32,000 bases of DNA from Microcystis aeruginosa NIES-843 (GTDB lineage Bacteria > Cyanobacteriota > Cyanobacteriia > Cyanobacteriales > Microcystaceae), in contig NC_010296.1 in the NCBI RefSeq assembly GCF_000010625.1, positions 5,550,001 through 5,582,000 on the forward strand, written 5' to 3'. The notes under the pieces were generated by a model that had not been told where the DNA came from, did not search any database, and saw only the letters and a program-made list of their open reading frames with translations. How positions within the stretch are numbered: position 1 is the first letter of the stretch; every line of letters starts with the position of its first letter. Shown here piece by piece: positions 7,793 to 16,467 of the stretch. Made by a program: the position numbers and the translations under genes.

Positions 7793-9817
7793 ATGACAAA
7801 ACCAATGGCTGAACAACGCTCTGTACTAAAATTTAATGGCATCGATGATCACATGGATCTATCCCACGGATTTCTTGACATCGATCAGAGTATTACCATT
7901 ACATTTTGGGCAAAAGGGGAAAATAATTTAGCTACAGAAACGACTCTTTTAGAAGCTGTTAATCGGGAAAATAACCGCGTTCTACATATTACCTTGCCTT
8001 GGGGCGATCCCGTGAAACCTGCGATTTTTTGGGATGCGGGTAATGAAGAAGGTTTCGATCGAATTGAAAAAAAAGTCAAGCTTAAGGATTATAGCGATTG
8101 GACTCATTGGGCCTTTGTCAAAAATGCGACCACAGGCCGAATGTTGATCTATCGTAATGGGATCATTTGGCATCGTGGCAACGGTCATAACCGTGCCTTA
8201 ACGGGGATTGAAAAAATCATCTTGGGAGCCTCTGTTAATCTCTCTCATTATTGGCAAGGTTGTCTTGCAGAACTTTCTGTTTGGAATCAAGCGCGTAGCC
8301 AAGAAGAAATCCAAAAAGCGATGTATCAATCTCCCTTAGTTGATGACCTTGGCTTAGTTACTTATTTATCACTCAATGGCAGTGCCGAGGATCAAACAAG
8401 TTATAGCAATCATGGTATTCTTTATGGGACAACCTGGCAACTAGATAGTCTTCCCTCCAAACCGACCTCGATCCCTAAATCAAAAACTCAGACTAGCAGT
8501 AAAGCTAGAAGGAGTGCGAAAAGGATAACAATGGTCAACGAAATTTTTAACTCCCTTGAAGAAGAAGAAGTGATTGAACAGGATGCTCCATCCGAAAATC
8601 AAGAACCTTCCCGGGAAGAGAATCCAGAATCAATTATAATTGCTGCAGAAGCTGCTCTTGCCAGCAATGAAATTGAGGAGATTAGTGAAACAGCAATTTC
8701 TCAACCAGATATCCTCACTTATTCAAACCAGAAAAAACGGTTAATTATTTGTTGTGATGGTTCTTGGGAAGACTCTGCCAGTGCTTACCCCACCAATGTG
8801 GTTAAATTCGCCGAATCTATTAAGTATATTGCCGAGGATCAAACCCCCCAAATCGTCTTTTTGTCAGGTTCTGGCACACCCGAAGATAACGAATTTATTA
8901 AAAGTTTAGGGAATGAAACTTTTGGCTGGGGCCTTGATCGAATGATTCAAGATGCCTATCGTTTTCTTGTCCTTAACTACAATCCCACAACCGAGGATGA
9001 AATTTATTTGTTAGGTTTTAGTCGAGGCGCATATATCGTTCGTTGTTTGGCTAGTTTTATCGATAAATGTGGAATCCTAAAACGCTCTAAGATTAAAGAA
9101 ATTCCCCTAGCTTATCAACTCTATCGAGACCACACCGTTAGTTCTGATAGTGCCAAAGCTCAACAATTCCGTGCCGCTAATGCTAAAAAAATTGAGACAG
9201 AAAAGGAAGATTTTCAAGATCGTATTCCAGTCAAGATGTTAGGTTGTTGGGATACAGTTGGCAATTTTGGTATTCCTGATTTAACTCCTTGGTTTCCCTT
9301 GGCTAAGTTTTATCATAAAAAATATGAATTTAGTAACACAAAATTAAGTCCGATTATCCAGAATGCTTTTCATGCTGTGGCCATTGATGAAAAACGTAAA
9401 AACTTCCCTTATACTCCGATCAAAGCCAATCCAGAAAATCCCGAACAAGTTGTTAAAGAAGTTTTATTTGTGGGTGAACATACCTGTCTAGGTGGTGGCA
9501 AAAAAGAATATCAAGGACTTTCCGATTACCCGTTACAATGGATGATTAATCAAGCCAAAAAATTGGGATTAGAGTTTGACTCAACCACCTCTGAATCTGA
9601 GGAATTCCAAATTAAACTAGACCCGACCATCAAGTTCGATAATACTGTTAAAGGATTGTCGGCCTTGGGAGGTGAGCAATGGCGATATTTCAATACAAAA
9701 GTTGTCACTGTTCATCACAGTGTGGTAAAACGATTAAAGGCTTTTTCCGATTATCGTCCCAAAAGTCTTGAACCTTTTCTTCAAGCTTTACTTGACGACG
9801 ATCAACAGACAGATTAA
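7793..9817 (+). CDS. LamG (concanavalin-A-like lectin, Laminin_G_3) domain fused through an acidic linker to a DUF2235 alpha/beta-hydrolase domain (T6SS Tle1 phospholipase-like fold)
   Basis: The N-terminal ~215 aa carry ITFWAK...WTHWAF...LAELSVWNQARSQEEIQ. The C-terminal domain has LIICCDGSWED...YPTNV, the nucleophile elbow GFSRGA, GCWDTVGNFGIPD, HAVAIDEKR and VGEHTCLGG. Confidence 0.9.
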   Translation: MTKPMAEQRSVLKFNGIDDHMDLSHGFLDIDQSITITFWAKGENNLATETTLLEAVNRENNRVLHITLPWGDPVKPAIFWDAGNEEGFDRIEKKVKLKDYSDWTHWAFVKNATTGRMLIYRNGIIWHRGNGHNRALTGIEKIILGASVNLSHYWQGCLAELSVWNQARSQEEIQKAMYQSPLVDDLGLVTYLSLNGSAEDQTSYSNHGILYGTTWQLDSLPSKPTSIPKSKTQTSSKARRSAKRITMVNEIFNSLEEEEVIEQDAPSENQEPSREENPESIIIAAEAALASNEIEEISETAISQPDILTYSNQKKRLIICCDGSWEDSASAYPTNVVKFAESIKYIAEDQTPQIVFLSGSGTPEDNEFIKSLGNETFGWGLDRMIQDAYRFLVLNYNPTTEDEIYLLGFSRGAYIVRCLASFIDKCGILKRSKIKEIPLAYQLYRDHTVSSDSAKAQQFRAANAKKIETEKEDFQDRIPVKMLGCWDTVGNFGIPDLTPWFPLAKFYHKKYEFSNTKLSPIIQNAFHAVAIDEKRKNFPYTPIKANPENPEQVVKEVLFVGEHTCLGGGKKEYQGLSDYPLQWMINQAKKLGLEFDSTTSESEEFQIKLDPTIKFDNTVKGLSALGGEQWRYFNTKVVTVHHSVVKRLKAFSDYRPKSLEPFLQALLDDDQQTD

Positions 9818-9868
9818 CCTTGCTTTAGAATTAAACTAATCCTTCGCTAGAAATTTGAGGTGATTTTT

Positions 9869-10354
9869 ATGGAACTCGATAACATTATCAAAAAAGTGGC
9901 AGGTACTTATTTAGCTTCGGCTATTATTGCTGTCATCGTGCTAATTCTGACCCTCGGACAACCCTTTGTAGTTTTTCTGGGTATTGGAGCGATGGGGTTG
10001 GTTACTGTGCTAGGAGATGCGATTGCTCAGTACGGAATTGAAGCGGTTCTGAATGCTTTTTACACTGAGCGAAGTAAAAAAGAATCCCTGGAAACACTTT
10101 TGGCTGAAATTGATGCTTTACCTCTGACTGATGACCTGAAATTAAAAACCAAAAAACACTTGACTGACCATCAAGAACAGACAGTAAAGCAGCAAGAAAC
10201 GGTAACTGAGCCAACTCCTGAAAGTCCTCAAACAGTTGTTATTGAAAATGAACCAGTTATTGAAAATGAACCAGTTATTGAAAATGAACCAGTTATTGAA
10301 AATGAACCAGTTATTGAAAATGAACCGGTTGTTGTTGAAGTTGAAAATGTTTAA
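9869..10354 (+). CDS. Small membrane protein (two predicted TM helices) with a charged tail ending in an (IENEPV)5 repeat
   Basis: The ATG at 9869 is preceded by GAGG at 9857-9860; the track start at 9860 is a GTG. The hydrophobic stretches are YLASAIIAVIVLILTL and FVVFLGIGAMGLVTVLG. It starts 51 bp after the DUF2235 gene. Confidence 0.7.
   Translation: MELDNIIKKVAGTYLASAIIAVIVLILTLGQPFVVFLGIGAMGLVTVLGDAIAQYGIEAVLNAFYTERSKKESLETLLAEIDALPLTDDLKLKTKKHLTDHQEQTVKQQETVTEPTPESPQTVVIENEPVIENEPVIENEPVIENEPVIENEPVVVEVENV
10241..10330 (+). repeat. Tandem repeat, 18 bp x 5 (ATTGAAAATGAACCAGTT), in frame
   Basis: Four identical units plus one unit with a single A>G change. They encode IENEPV x5. Confidence 0.95.
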
Positions 10355-10438
10355 TTAGGTATTGCTCCCTCTTGCAATAGCTGGGGGCAGCGGATGATTA
10401 TTGCTAAGTATTGAGGAATTTTTTGGTCTAAGATAGCT

Positions 10439-12127
10439 ATGCTAAATAGGAACTCTCAACATCTGATGACCTATAAAAAAATTGCCATTTATGAGCAAAG
10501 CTATCAACTTCCTGTTTTTAAAAATAGATACTTAAAAAATTTTCAGAAAATCATCAAGGAACGTCGGAAATTAATTCAAGAAGGAGTTCGCTACCATTAC
10601 TATTTTGGTAAGATTATTAAACGAAAAGAAAAAATTACTCAACAAGAAATCTTGATCGAGACTCAGTTATTAATTAAAGACTATAATTTATTAATTAATG
10701 GACTAGAAATCTATCAAGACGGATATTATCGTTTTTTACTCCAACTCAGTGACAATCTCAAAATTTTATTTTCCCAAAAATATCAAGAATTGAAAATCTT
10801 AGACTACGAGAGAATAAAGTTAGAAATTAAAAATAATAATAATCAAAATATTCTCAATCAACTCAAGCTAGAAAAACAGGAAAATTTTCGGGCAATTTTG
10901 CTACTGGGAAAAACATCTTTTTTGATGTTGAGAAAAACTAAATTACTAGGGGAAGGAGTTCAGAAATTAGCCGAGGATACTCAAAAGCAGAAAAAAATTG
11001 TGCAAGCAATTATTCAAGAACTCAAAATTTATGAGGAATTAAATCATTATCAACTCAAATCTCAACGAGTTCGCCAAGAAATTGCGGATCTTGCCCAAAA
11101 TGCGATTAATTTTGAAAACTACTTACAGGACTATTTTGCTCCTTTTCAATTATTAATAGAAGAAGTGATTAAGGTGGATGAAGAATTTTATGCAACAGTT
11201 GGAGAAATTAAGTATTTGGTAGATAATATTTTTCCGCCTCAGCCTGCTCTCTTAGAAACGTCAGATTCAGCCATAAATTCTGAGTTTTTGCTAAATTTTA
11301 TGGCGACTGGTTACGAGAAAGAAGCAAGGTTAAAAGAGGCTTTTTCCTCGGATCAATTTAATGATTACTTATTCAATGAAAGTGAATGGTCAGAACAATT
11401 TATTTCCCTAGAAAAAACCATCAATAAATTATCTCATCATTTAGCAGAACAAGAGGCTTGTCAAAAAGACACTATCCCCAAAACTCCCCTAGCAATAGTT
11501 GTCTCTCAATTCACTCAAAACAATATTCACAAATCTTCTACTTCTAAAAATCCCCAGACTTCCCCAAATATCTTAACTCAAGAATCGGCTGATATTGATT
11601 ATAATCAATTACAAGATTTGCTAAGAAAGCAACAGTGGCAAGCGGCCGATCGCCAAACAACCAAGCTACTATTGAAAATCTTGCGTAAGACCTACTGGAA
11701 TGAGGTTTATCCTCAAGATATTGCTCAATTACCTTGTTCGGATCTGAAAAAAATTGATCAACTTTGGCTTCATTATAGTCATGGTCATTTCGGTTTTAGT
11801 ATTCAGCAAGCCATTTTCTCTAGTCTCGGTGGTTTAGTGGATTATGAAACCCAAAAGAAACTTGGCGATCGCCTAGGTTGGCGGAAGGAAGGTCAATGGC
11901 TCAATTATGAGCAACTAAACTTTGAATTAGAGCCGAATTCTCCCCTCGGTCATTTACCCGTTCATTGGTTGATTTTTGAAGAAAATCTTTGTTACCCATC
12001 TGCGGAAGCTTCTGACAATCAAAACTCCCTGGCTTTCTGGAGAGTTGGCAATTGGTTATTGTGGCAACTTCACCTCGTTTTAAGCAAAATTCAAGCCTGT
12101 GGAATTATTCCTCTGTCTGACTTTTAA
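10439..12127 (+). CDS. Coiled-coil protein with C-terminal GUN4 (porphyrin-binding) domain
   Basis: The C-terminus reads QQWQAADRQTTKLLL...LPCSDLKKIDQLWLHYSHGHFGFSIQQAIFSSLGG...LGDRLGWRKEGQWLNYEQLNF...PLGHLP, which matches the GUN4 core. The N-terminal ~350 aa are K/E/Q/L-rich and likely coiled coil. Confidence 0.85.
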   Translation: MLNRNSQHLMTYKKIAIYEQSYQLPVFKNRYLKNFQKIIKERRKLIQEGVRYHYYFGKIIKRKEKITQQEILIETQLLIKDYNLLINGLEIYQDGYYRFLLQLSDNLKILFSQKYQELKILDYERIKLEIKNNNNQNILNQLKLEKQENFRAILLLGKTSFLMLRKTKLLGEGVQKLAEDTQKQKKIVQAIIQELKIYEELNHYQLKSQRVRQEIADLAQNAINFENYLQDYFAPFQLLIEEVIKVDEEFYATVGEIKYLVDNIFPPQPALLETSDSAINSEFLLNFMATGYEKEARLKEAFSSDQFNDYLFNESEWSEQFISLEKTINKLSHHLAEQEACQKDTIPKTPLAIVVSQFTQNNIHKSSTSKNPQTSPNILTQESADIDYNQLQDLLRKQQWQAADRQTTKLLLKILRKTYWNEVYPQDIAQLPCSDLKKIDQLWLHYSHGHFGFSIQQAIFSSLGGLVDYETQKKLGDRLGWRKEGQWLNYEQLNFELEPNSPLGHLPVHWLIFEENLCYPSAEASDNQNSLAFWRVGNWLLWQLHLVLSKIQACGIIPLSDF

Positions 12128-12133
12128 AGTGAT

Positions 12134-12272
12134 TATAGCGTTTCCCAATCTCATGAGGTACATCAAAATCTTAACTCCCGAATCCTGAATCCTGAATCCT
12201 GAATCCTGAATCCTGAATCCTGAATCATCAAAACCTAAGACTCTGTACCTCACAACTATGGGAATTGCTATA
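12134..12272. repeat. MITE-like element: conserved arms flanking a (GAATCCT)6 heptamer tract (12180-12227)
   Basis: The arms TATAGCGTTTCCCAATCTCATGAGGTACA... and ...TGTACCTCACAACTATGGGAATTGCTATA recur inverted at 31302-31405, where the core heptamer differs. Confidence 0.8.
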
Positions 12273-12389
12273 TCTAAGCTGTTGACTATCTAAATTACTC
12301 GTTAATTAACAGGGATCAGGGAGAGGCAGTTTGAGCATTTATACTAAAATTCCCAATACATACGCAGTTTAAATGCAGTACAGCTTATC

Positions 12390-13231
12390 ATCCTAAATCC
12401 TGTTTTAAAAAGCAGATAACAATCAATCCTAAGTTAGCCAATGATAGTTAGTCAAGTTTTTAATTTCATTAGTCATTGTTTCTTCCATTGCTTCAATCGT
12501 TTCAAAATGCTCATTAACCAGGGGTTCATCTACTAGAGACCATAATCTCTCGGCTGGCTGTAATTCTGGCGAATAAGCAAAGTAGAAAATCGAGCATGAT
12601 TCCCTCGGCAACCTAAAGTTTTTGACTTCTATCTGAGAATTGGGAAATTTATCGCTTAATTATTGGACTTTTACTGGTAAATTCTGCTTAAATTTTTCTG
12701 GTTTAACTGGGTCTCCCTTTTTATGTTTTGGTCTCGGTTTTTGACAAGAATATCTGCACTTTTTTTAAGTAATCCCATCCCCTTTGATTCCAAACTTTTT
12801 CTCGTCCCGTTTCCTTTTCTATCCATCTAGCCACCTTCGGACCTGTCCAGATTCCTCCATCGGCAGGACGTTTTTTCAGTTCTTCTTTTAATTTTTGCAA
12901 TTGTTCTTCCTTCAATAAAGGTTCTTTTCCTCTCCGATGTTCCCCACTTTTTTTCTTGAGATTTTTAACTCCTTCTTCCCCTAATTCATTATATCTTTTG
13001 AGAATTCTAAAACTATATTGATAATCTAATCCTACAGCTACTGCAGCATTTTTGATTGTCCATCCTAACGATATTTTCCACAATAAGTGCCATCTTCTTG
13101 TTTCTACTGAGTCTTGACTTCTTCTGTATCTATCTTTCAGTTCCTCTGAACTTAGATGTTCGGCTAAGTAAGCTTTCTTGGGCATTTTATCTCATTGTTT
13201 TTATTTACCCTATTATAACAGGATTTAGGCT
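12390..13231 (-). mobile_element. IS630-family element remnant with internal deletion
   Basis: Terminal inverted repeat core CCTAAATCCTGTT at 12392-12404 and, reverse-complemented, at 13217-13229. Only the N-terminal HTH part and the extreme C-terminal part of the transposase remain. Confidence 0.8.
12429..13185 (-). pseudogene. IS630-family transposase pseudogene (frameshifted, in-frame stop, most of the DDE domain deleted)
   Basis: The 154-aa ORF MPKKAYLAEHLSSEELKDRYRR... is the HTH region. After a frameshift the reading continues as ...CRYSCQKPRPKHKKGDPVKPEKFKQNLPVKVQ*. The 60-aa ORF holds ...YSPELQPAERLW...NLTNYHWLT, the C-terminal end. About 110 bp lie where roughly 170 codons would be expected. 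Confidence 0.8.
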
Positions 13232-13415
13232 CAAACGGTAAGTCTGCCAAAGGAAGCGTCAAAAGCGCAAAATCTGCGAGATTAGTTTTGGAAACGCTAA
13301 TCTCAGCGAAGCGGATTAGCTTAGTTCATATCGATCTCATCGAAAATTTTGGGTCTGAAACCCCGCCGTTTTACGGCGGCTTTGCTGTTAAATCTTAGCA
13401 CATTTACACGATATA

Positions 13416-13424
13416 TGCTAGAAT
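13416..13424 (+). promoter_or_regulatory. Candidate extended -10 promoter (TGcTAGAAT) for tnpB copy 2
   Basis: Same motif and same 7-nt spacing to the ATG (13432) as in copy 1. Confidence 0.35.
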
Positions 13425-13431
13425 GCGGGAT

Positions 13432-14613
13432 ATGGAAAAAGCCTATTCGTTTCGATTTTACCCCACACCAACACAAGAGTCGCTATTGCGGCGCACTTTG
13501 GGCTGTGTAAGATTAGTTTACAACAAAGCTCTCCACGAACGAACACAAGCTTGGTACGAAAAGCAAGAAAGAGTAGGCTACGCTCAAACTTCTTCAATGT
13601 TGACTGAGTGGAAAAAACAAGAAGAATTAGACTTTTTAAACGAAGTAAGCTGTGTACCTTTACAACAAGGGTTAAGACACCTACAAACAGCTTTTACTAA
13701 TTTCTTTGCTGGTCGTACTAAGTATCCTAACTTTAAGAAAAAACATCAAGGAGGAAGTGCCGAATTTACCAAATCTGCTTTTAAATTCAAAGACAAACAA
13801 ATCTATTTAGCTAAATGCACAGAACCCTTACCTATTCGATGGTCAAGACAAATACCAGAAAGCTGTGAACCAAGCACAGTAACAGTCAGATTACATCCTT
13901 CTGGACGTTGGCATATTTCAATAAGATTTGATGACCCAACAATCCAGCCATTACCCCCAACCGATAAAGCCATCGGAATTGACTTAGGAATTAGTAGCCT
14001 CGTGATTACCAGCGATGGAGACAAGGTATCTAATCCTAAGCATTTTAAGAAACATTATCGGAGACTGCGAAAGGCCCAAAAAAGTCTTTCTCGAAAACAG
14101 AAAGGCTCAAAAAATCGGGAAAAAGCGAGAATCAAAGTAGCAAGGATTCACGCTCAAATTACTGATAGTAGAAAAGACCATTTACATAAGCTAACCACTC
14201 AATTAGTTCGTGAAAACCAAACGATTGTGGTTGAGAATTTAGCCGTCAAGAATATGGTCAAAAACCCGAAATTATCTCAGGCAATATCTGATGTAAGCTG
14301 GGGAGAAATCACTCGACAATTAGCCTATAAATGCCGTTGGTATGGGAGAAACTACATCGAAATAGATAGATGGTTTCCTAGCTCTAAAAGGTGTAGTAAT
14401 TGCGGGTATATTGCTGAGAAAATGCCGTTAAATGTTCGAGAATGGGACTGTCCAGACTGTGGGACACACCATGACCGAGATATTAACGCGAGTAAAAATA
14501 TTTTGGCCGCAGGGCTTGCGGTGTCAGTCTGTAGAGCGACCATAAGACCAGAACAGAGTAAATCTGTTAAGGCAGGTGCGAAAAATCCTTCGGGACCCCA
14601 AGCAGAAACCTAA
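13432..14613 (+). CDS. tnpB: TnpB (IS605 OrfB family RNA-guided nuclease), copy 2
   Basis: Start chosen at the MEKAYSF ATG that is homologous to copy 1; the track ORF starts 3 codons earlier at 13423. RuvC and Zn-finger motifs are intact. By hand I count 13 substitutions versus copy 1 over the shared 383 residues, followed by a different C-terminal tail. Confidence 0.93.
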   Translation: MEKAYSFRFYPTPTQESLLRRTLGCVRLVYNKALHERTQAWYEKQERVGYAQTSSMLTEWKKQEELDFLNEVSCVPLQQGLRHLQTAFTNFFAGRTKYPNFKKKHQGGSAEFTKSAFKFKDKQIYLAKCTEPLPIRWSRQIPESCEPSTVTVRLHPSGRWHISIRFDDPTIQPLPPTDKAIGIDLGISSLVITSDGDKVSNPKHFKKHYRRLRKAQKSLSRKQKGSKNREKARIKVARIHAQITDSRKDHLHKLTTQLVRENQTIVVENLAVKNMVKNPKLSQAISDVSWGEITRQLAYKCRWYGRNYIEIDRWFPSSKRCSNCGYIAEKMPLNVREWDCPDCGTHHDRDINASKNILAAGLAVSVCRATIRPEQSKSVKAGAKNPSGPQAET

Positions 14614-14679
14614 ATCGTGAGGTTTGGGAATCGCCGTCCGTTTTACGGCGGCGAGGATGTCAACGTCAAGTCTAGCTCT
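14513..14679 (+). ncRNA. Predicted omega RNA of tnpB copy 2 (scaffold plus flank-derived guide)
   Basis: Same logic as copy 1. It has the hairpin TCC-TTCG-GGA at 14586-14595. The guide would start at 14664 (CGTCAAGTCTAGCTCT). The 5' boundary is a guess. Confidence 0.4.
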
Positions 14680-14727
14680 AGCACAGAGGCTCCCCTGTCT
14701 GGACAGCACTAAGGATTGTCTTGTAAT

Positions 14728-15483
14728 TCACTCGATCCCGAACGTCACCGAAACGACCGCAGTAATATCTTTGTCGATCGAGGAAGTGTCGTAAATTCCC
14801 GAATCGCTCACGTCGGTGGAATTGCGCGAGGTGATCTGAAAAACTCCCGTTTTCGCATCGCGCACCCTTCCCACCCGACTGCCAGTACTACTGGCGATCG
14901 CTTCGGCTCTGGCTCTCGCATCCTTGGTCGCTGCCGCCACCATTTCCACCCGCAGCTTATCGAGTTGGGTGTAAAGGTATTGGGGGGGTTCAGAGACGAG
15001 GCTAATTCCCTCCTCGATCAATTCCGTTACCTGCCTAGAAAGTTCCGTGTAACGGGCCACATCCCCCGCTCGGATCTCGAAGCGTTGGCTGAGGCGATAG
15101 GCAAGAATTTGCCCAGTTTCCTGGCCGTTAGCTGTTACTTCGGGAATCGCCATCGTCTCGATCGCGTTGGTGGTGATTGCGTCGTCGGGAACTTGTTTTT
15201 CTTTGAGATAAGCTCGTATCCGCTCGGTTTGCCGGATCAGATCGCGATAGGCTTCGCGGGCGGTGGGTTGTTGACTGGAAACCGATAAACGCCAGAGAAT
15301 ATAATCGGATGTAATCGCCCTTTTTGCCGAACCAGTCACGACAAAAACATCGCTGGCCCGTTTCACCGCTAAGAGGGAGCGCGCCGCTATCCAGGAACTC
15401 AAGACGAGAGCGATCGATAGCACCGACAAACCCGCAAATAGCTGCGGGAAACGTCGGAATATAGAACTGTCTTTCATCGTCAC
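14728..15483 (-). CDS. SIMPL-domain (DUF541) protein with N-terminal membrane anchor or signal
   Basis: 251-aa ORF. It has the N-terminal hydrophobic segment LFAGLSVLSIALVLSSWIAA. Its layout and motifs resemble YggE/SIMPL proteins (...KDARARAEAIASSTGSRVGRV...). It is GC-rich relative to the flanks. Confidence 0.75.
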   Translation of the reverse strand: MTMKDSSIFRRFPQLFAGLSVLSIALVLSSWIAARSLLAVKRASDVFVVTGSAKRAITSDYILWRLSVSSQQPTAREAYRDLIRQTERIRAYLKEKQVPDDAITTNAIETMAIPEVTANGQETGQILAYRLSQRFEIRAGDVARYTELSRQVTELIEEGISLVSEPPQYLYTQLDKLRVEMVAAATKDARARAEAIASSTGSRVGRVRDAKTGVFQITSRNSTDVSDSGIYDTSSIDKDITAVVSVTFGIE

Positions 15484-15595
15484 TCCTCCTGAAAATTCGA
15501 CGTTTCTATCCTATGCTAGTAGCGAGCGAGTTGAAATTATTATTTACAAAAATAAATTTTTCTTGCGTCAGGTTGATGCGTTTTGACAGCAAAGA

Positions 15596-16298
15596 TTATT
15601 CAGCCCTTCCCGACGTCGGGGGGCAAGAGGGGGTCAAACGGTTTAATCTTTTTTCTGCCTGGCGATAGTATTGCGGTATCTCTACCGTTTCCCCATCACT
15701 GTTAGCGTAGAAAACTTTTAAACCTACATCCAATCCCACACATCTTTTAGTCGGCTCTAACGGTTTCGCATATTCCCGAATATCAACGCTAAGACAGAAT
15801 TGGACATAGTAACCGTCTGCTCGTTTAACAATCCTAACTCGTTTAATTTGGTCTATAGGGTAAAAGTTTAGGTCTCTGGTTCCTTTCAGTTTAACCGTGC
15901 CAATATTTTTCTTATCTGTGAAAGTTATTTTCTTTCTATCCTCCGATAGTTGACCTCCACAGTTTTTATATTCCACAGAACGATTATTCTTTTGGAATTT
16001 AGGATAACCTTTTTTACCTTTAACCTTTTTCTTACAATTGTCATAGAAACGAGGAATAGCCGACCATGCTCGTTCAGCAGATGCTTGTCTAGCAGTAGAA
16101 TTTACAGTATCGACAAACTTGAACTGTTTGGCGAGAACAATATTTATTGAGAGAATATTTATCTACTTTATCCTCTTGTTTGGCATCCATCCAAAGCCTT
16201 AAAGCCTTATTTCTGATGAATTGTACTGTACGAATAGCTTCATCTATGGCAGAACACTGACTTGGTTTGACCACGGCTTTCATTTCTAAGACAATCAT
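15596..16298 (-). pseudogene. Truncated, frameshifted TnpB (IS605 OrfB family, a different lineage from the two intact copies); left-end remnant extends to about 16465
   Basis: The N-terminal piece is MIVLEMKAVVKPSQCSAIDEAIRTVQFIRNKALRLW. After a frameshift it continues ...GYPKFQKNNRSVEYKNCGG...CVGLDVGLKVFYANSDGE...RQAEKRLNRL and then ends. RuvC-II/III and the Zn finger are missing. A hairpin GTCGGGGT...ACCCCGAC at about 16413-16459 looks like a left-end structure. Confidence 0.8.
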
Positions 16299-16467
16299 TG
16301 TTTATCGACCTCAAACAACTTATTTTATGTTAAACTGTAGAGCAGAGATTGTCGAGATTTTAGTGGCCACCGAAGCTCTGTCGAAGTGTCGTGCTTCGCT
16401 GTTTTATATTGGTCGGGGTTTCATCCCGTCGCTAAGCGCTTCGGGTCTTCACCCCGACATTTGAGAT

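Larger units (their letters stand above)
13336..14663 (+). mobile_element. IS200/IS605-family element, tnpB-only, copy 2 (same orientation as copy 1)
   Basis: Collinear with 2716-4040. The left-end hairpin is identical. The right-end hairpin is CGCCGTCCGttttaCGGCGGCG (14632-14653). Confidence 0.85.

Noticed and set aside
12180-12227. Heptamer tandem tracts (also 19697-19738, 19933-19953 and 29677-29735) considered as a CRISPR array
   Set aside because: The period is 7-8 bp with no spacers, and no cas genes are present. These are microsatellite or STRR-like repeats.
14716-15288. 190-aa plus-strand ORF
   Set aside because: It is antisense to the 251-aa SIMPL-domain ORF, whose sequence has a coherent domain pattern. 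The plus-strand ORF is Arg/Gly-rich, as expected for an antisense frame in GC-rich DNA.
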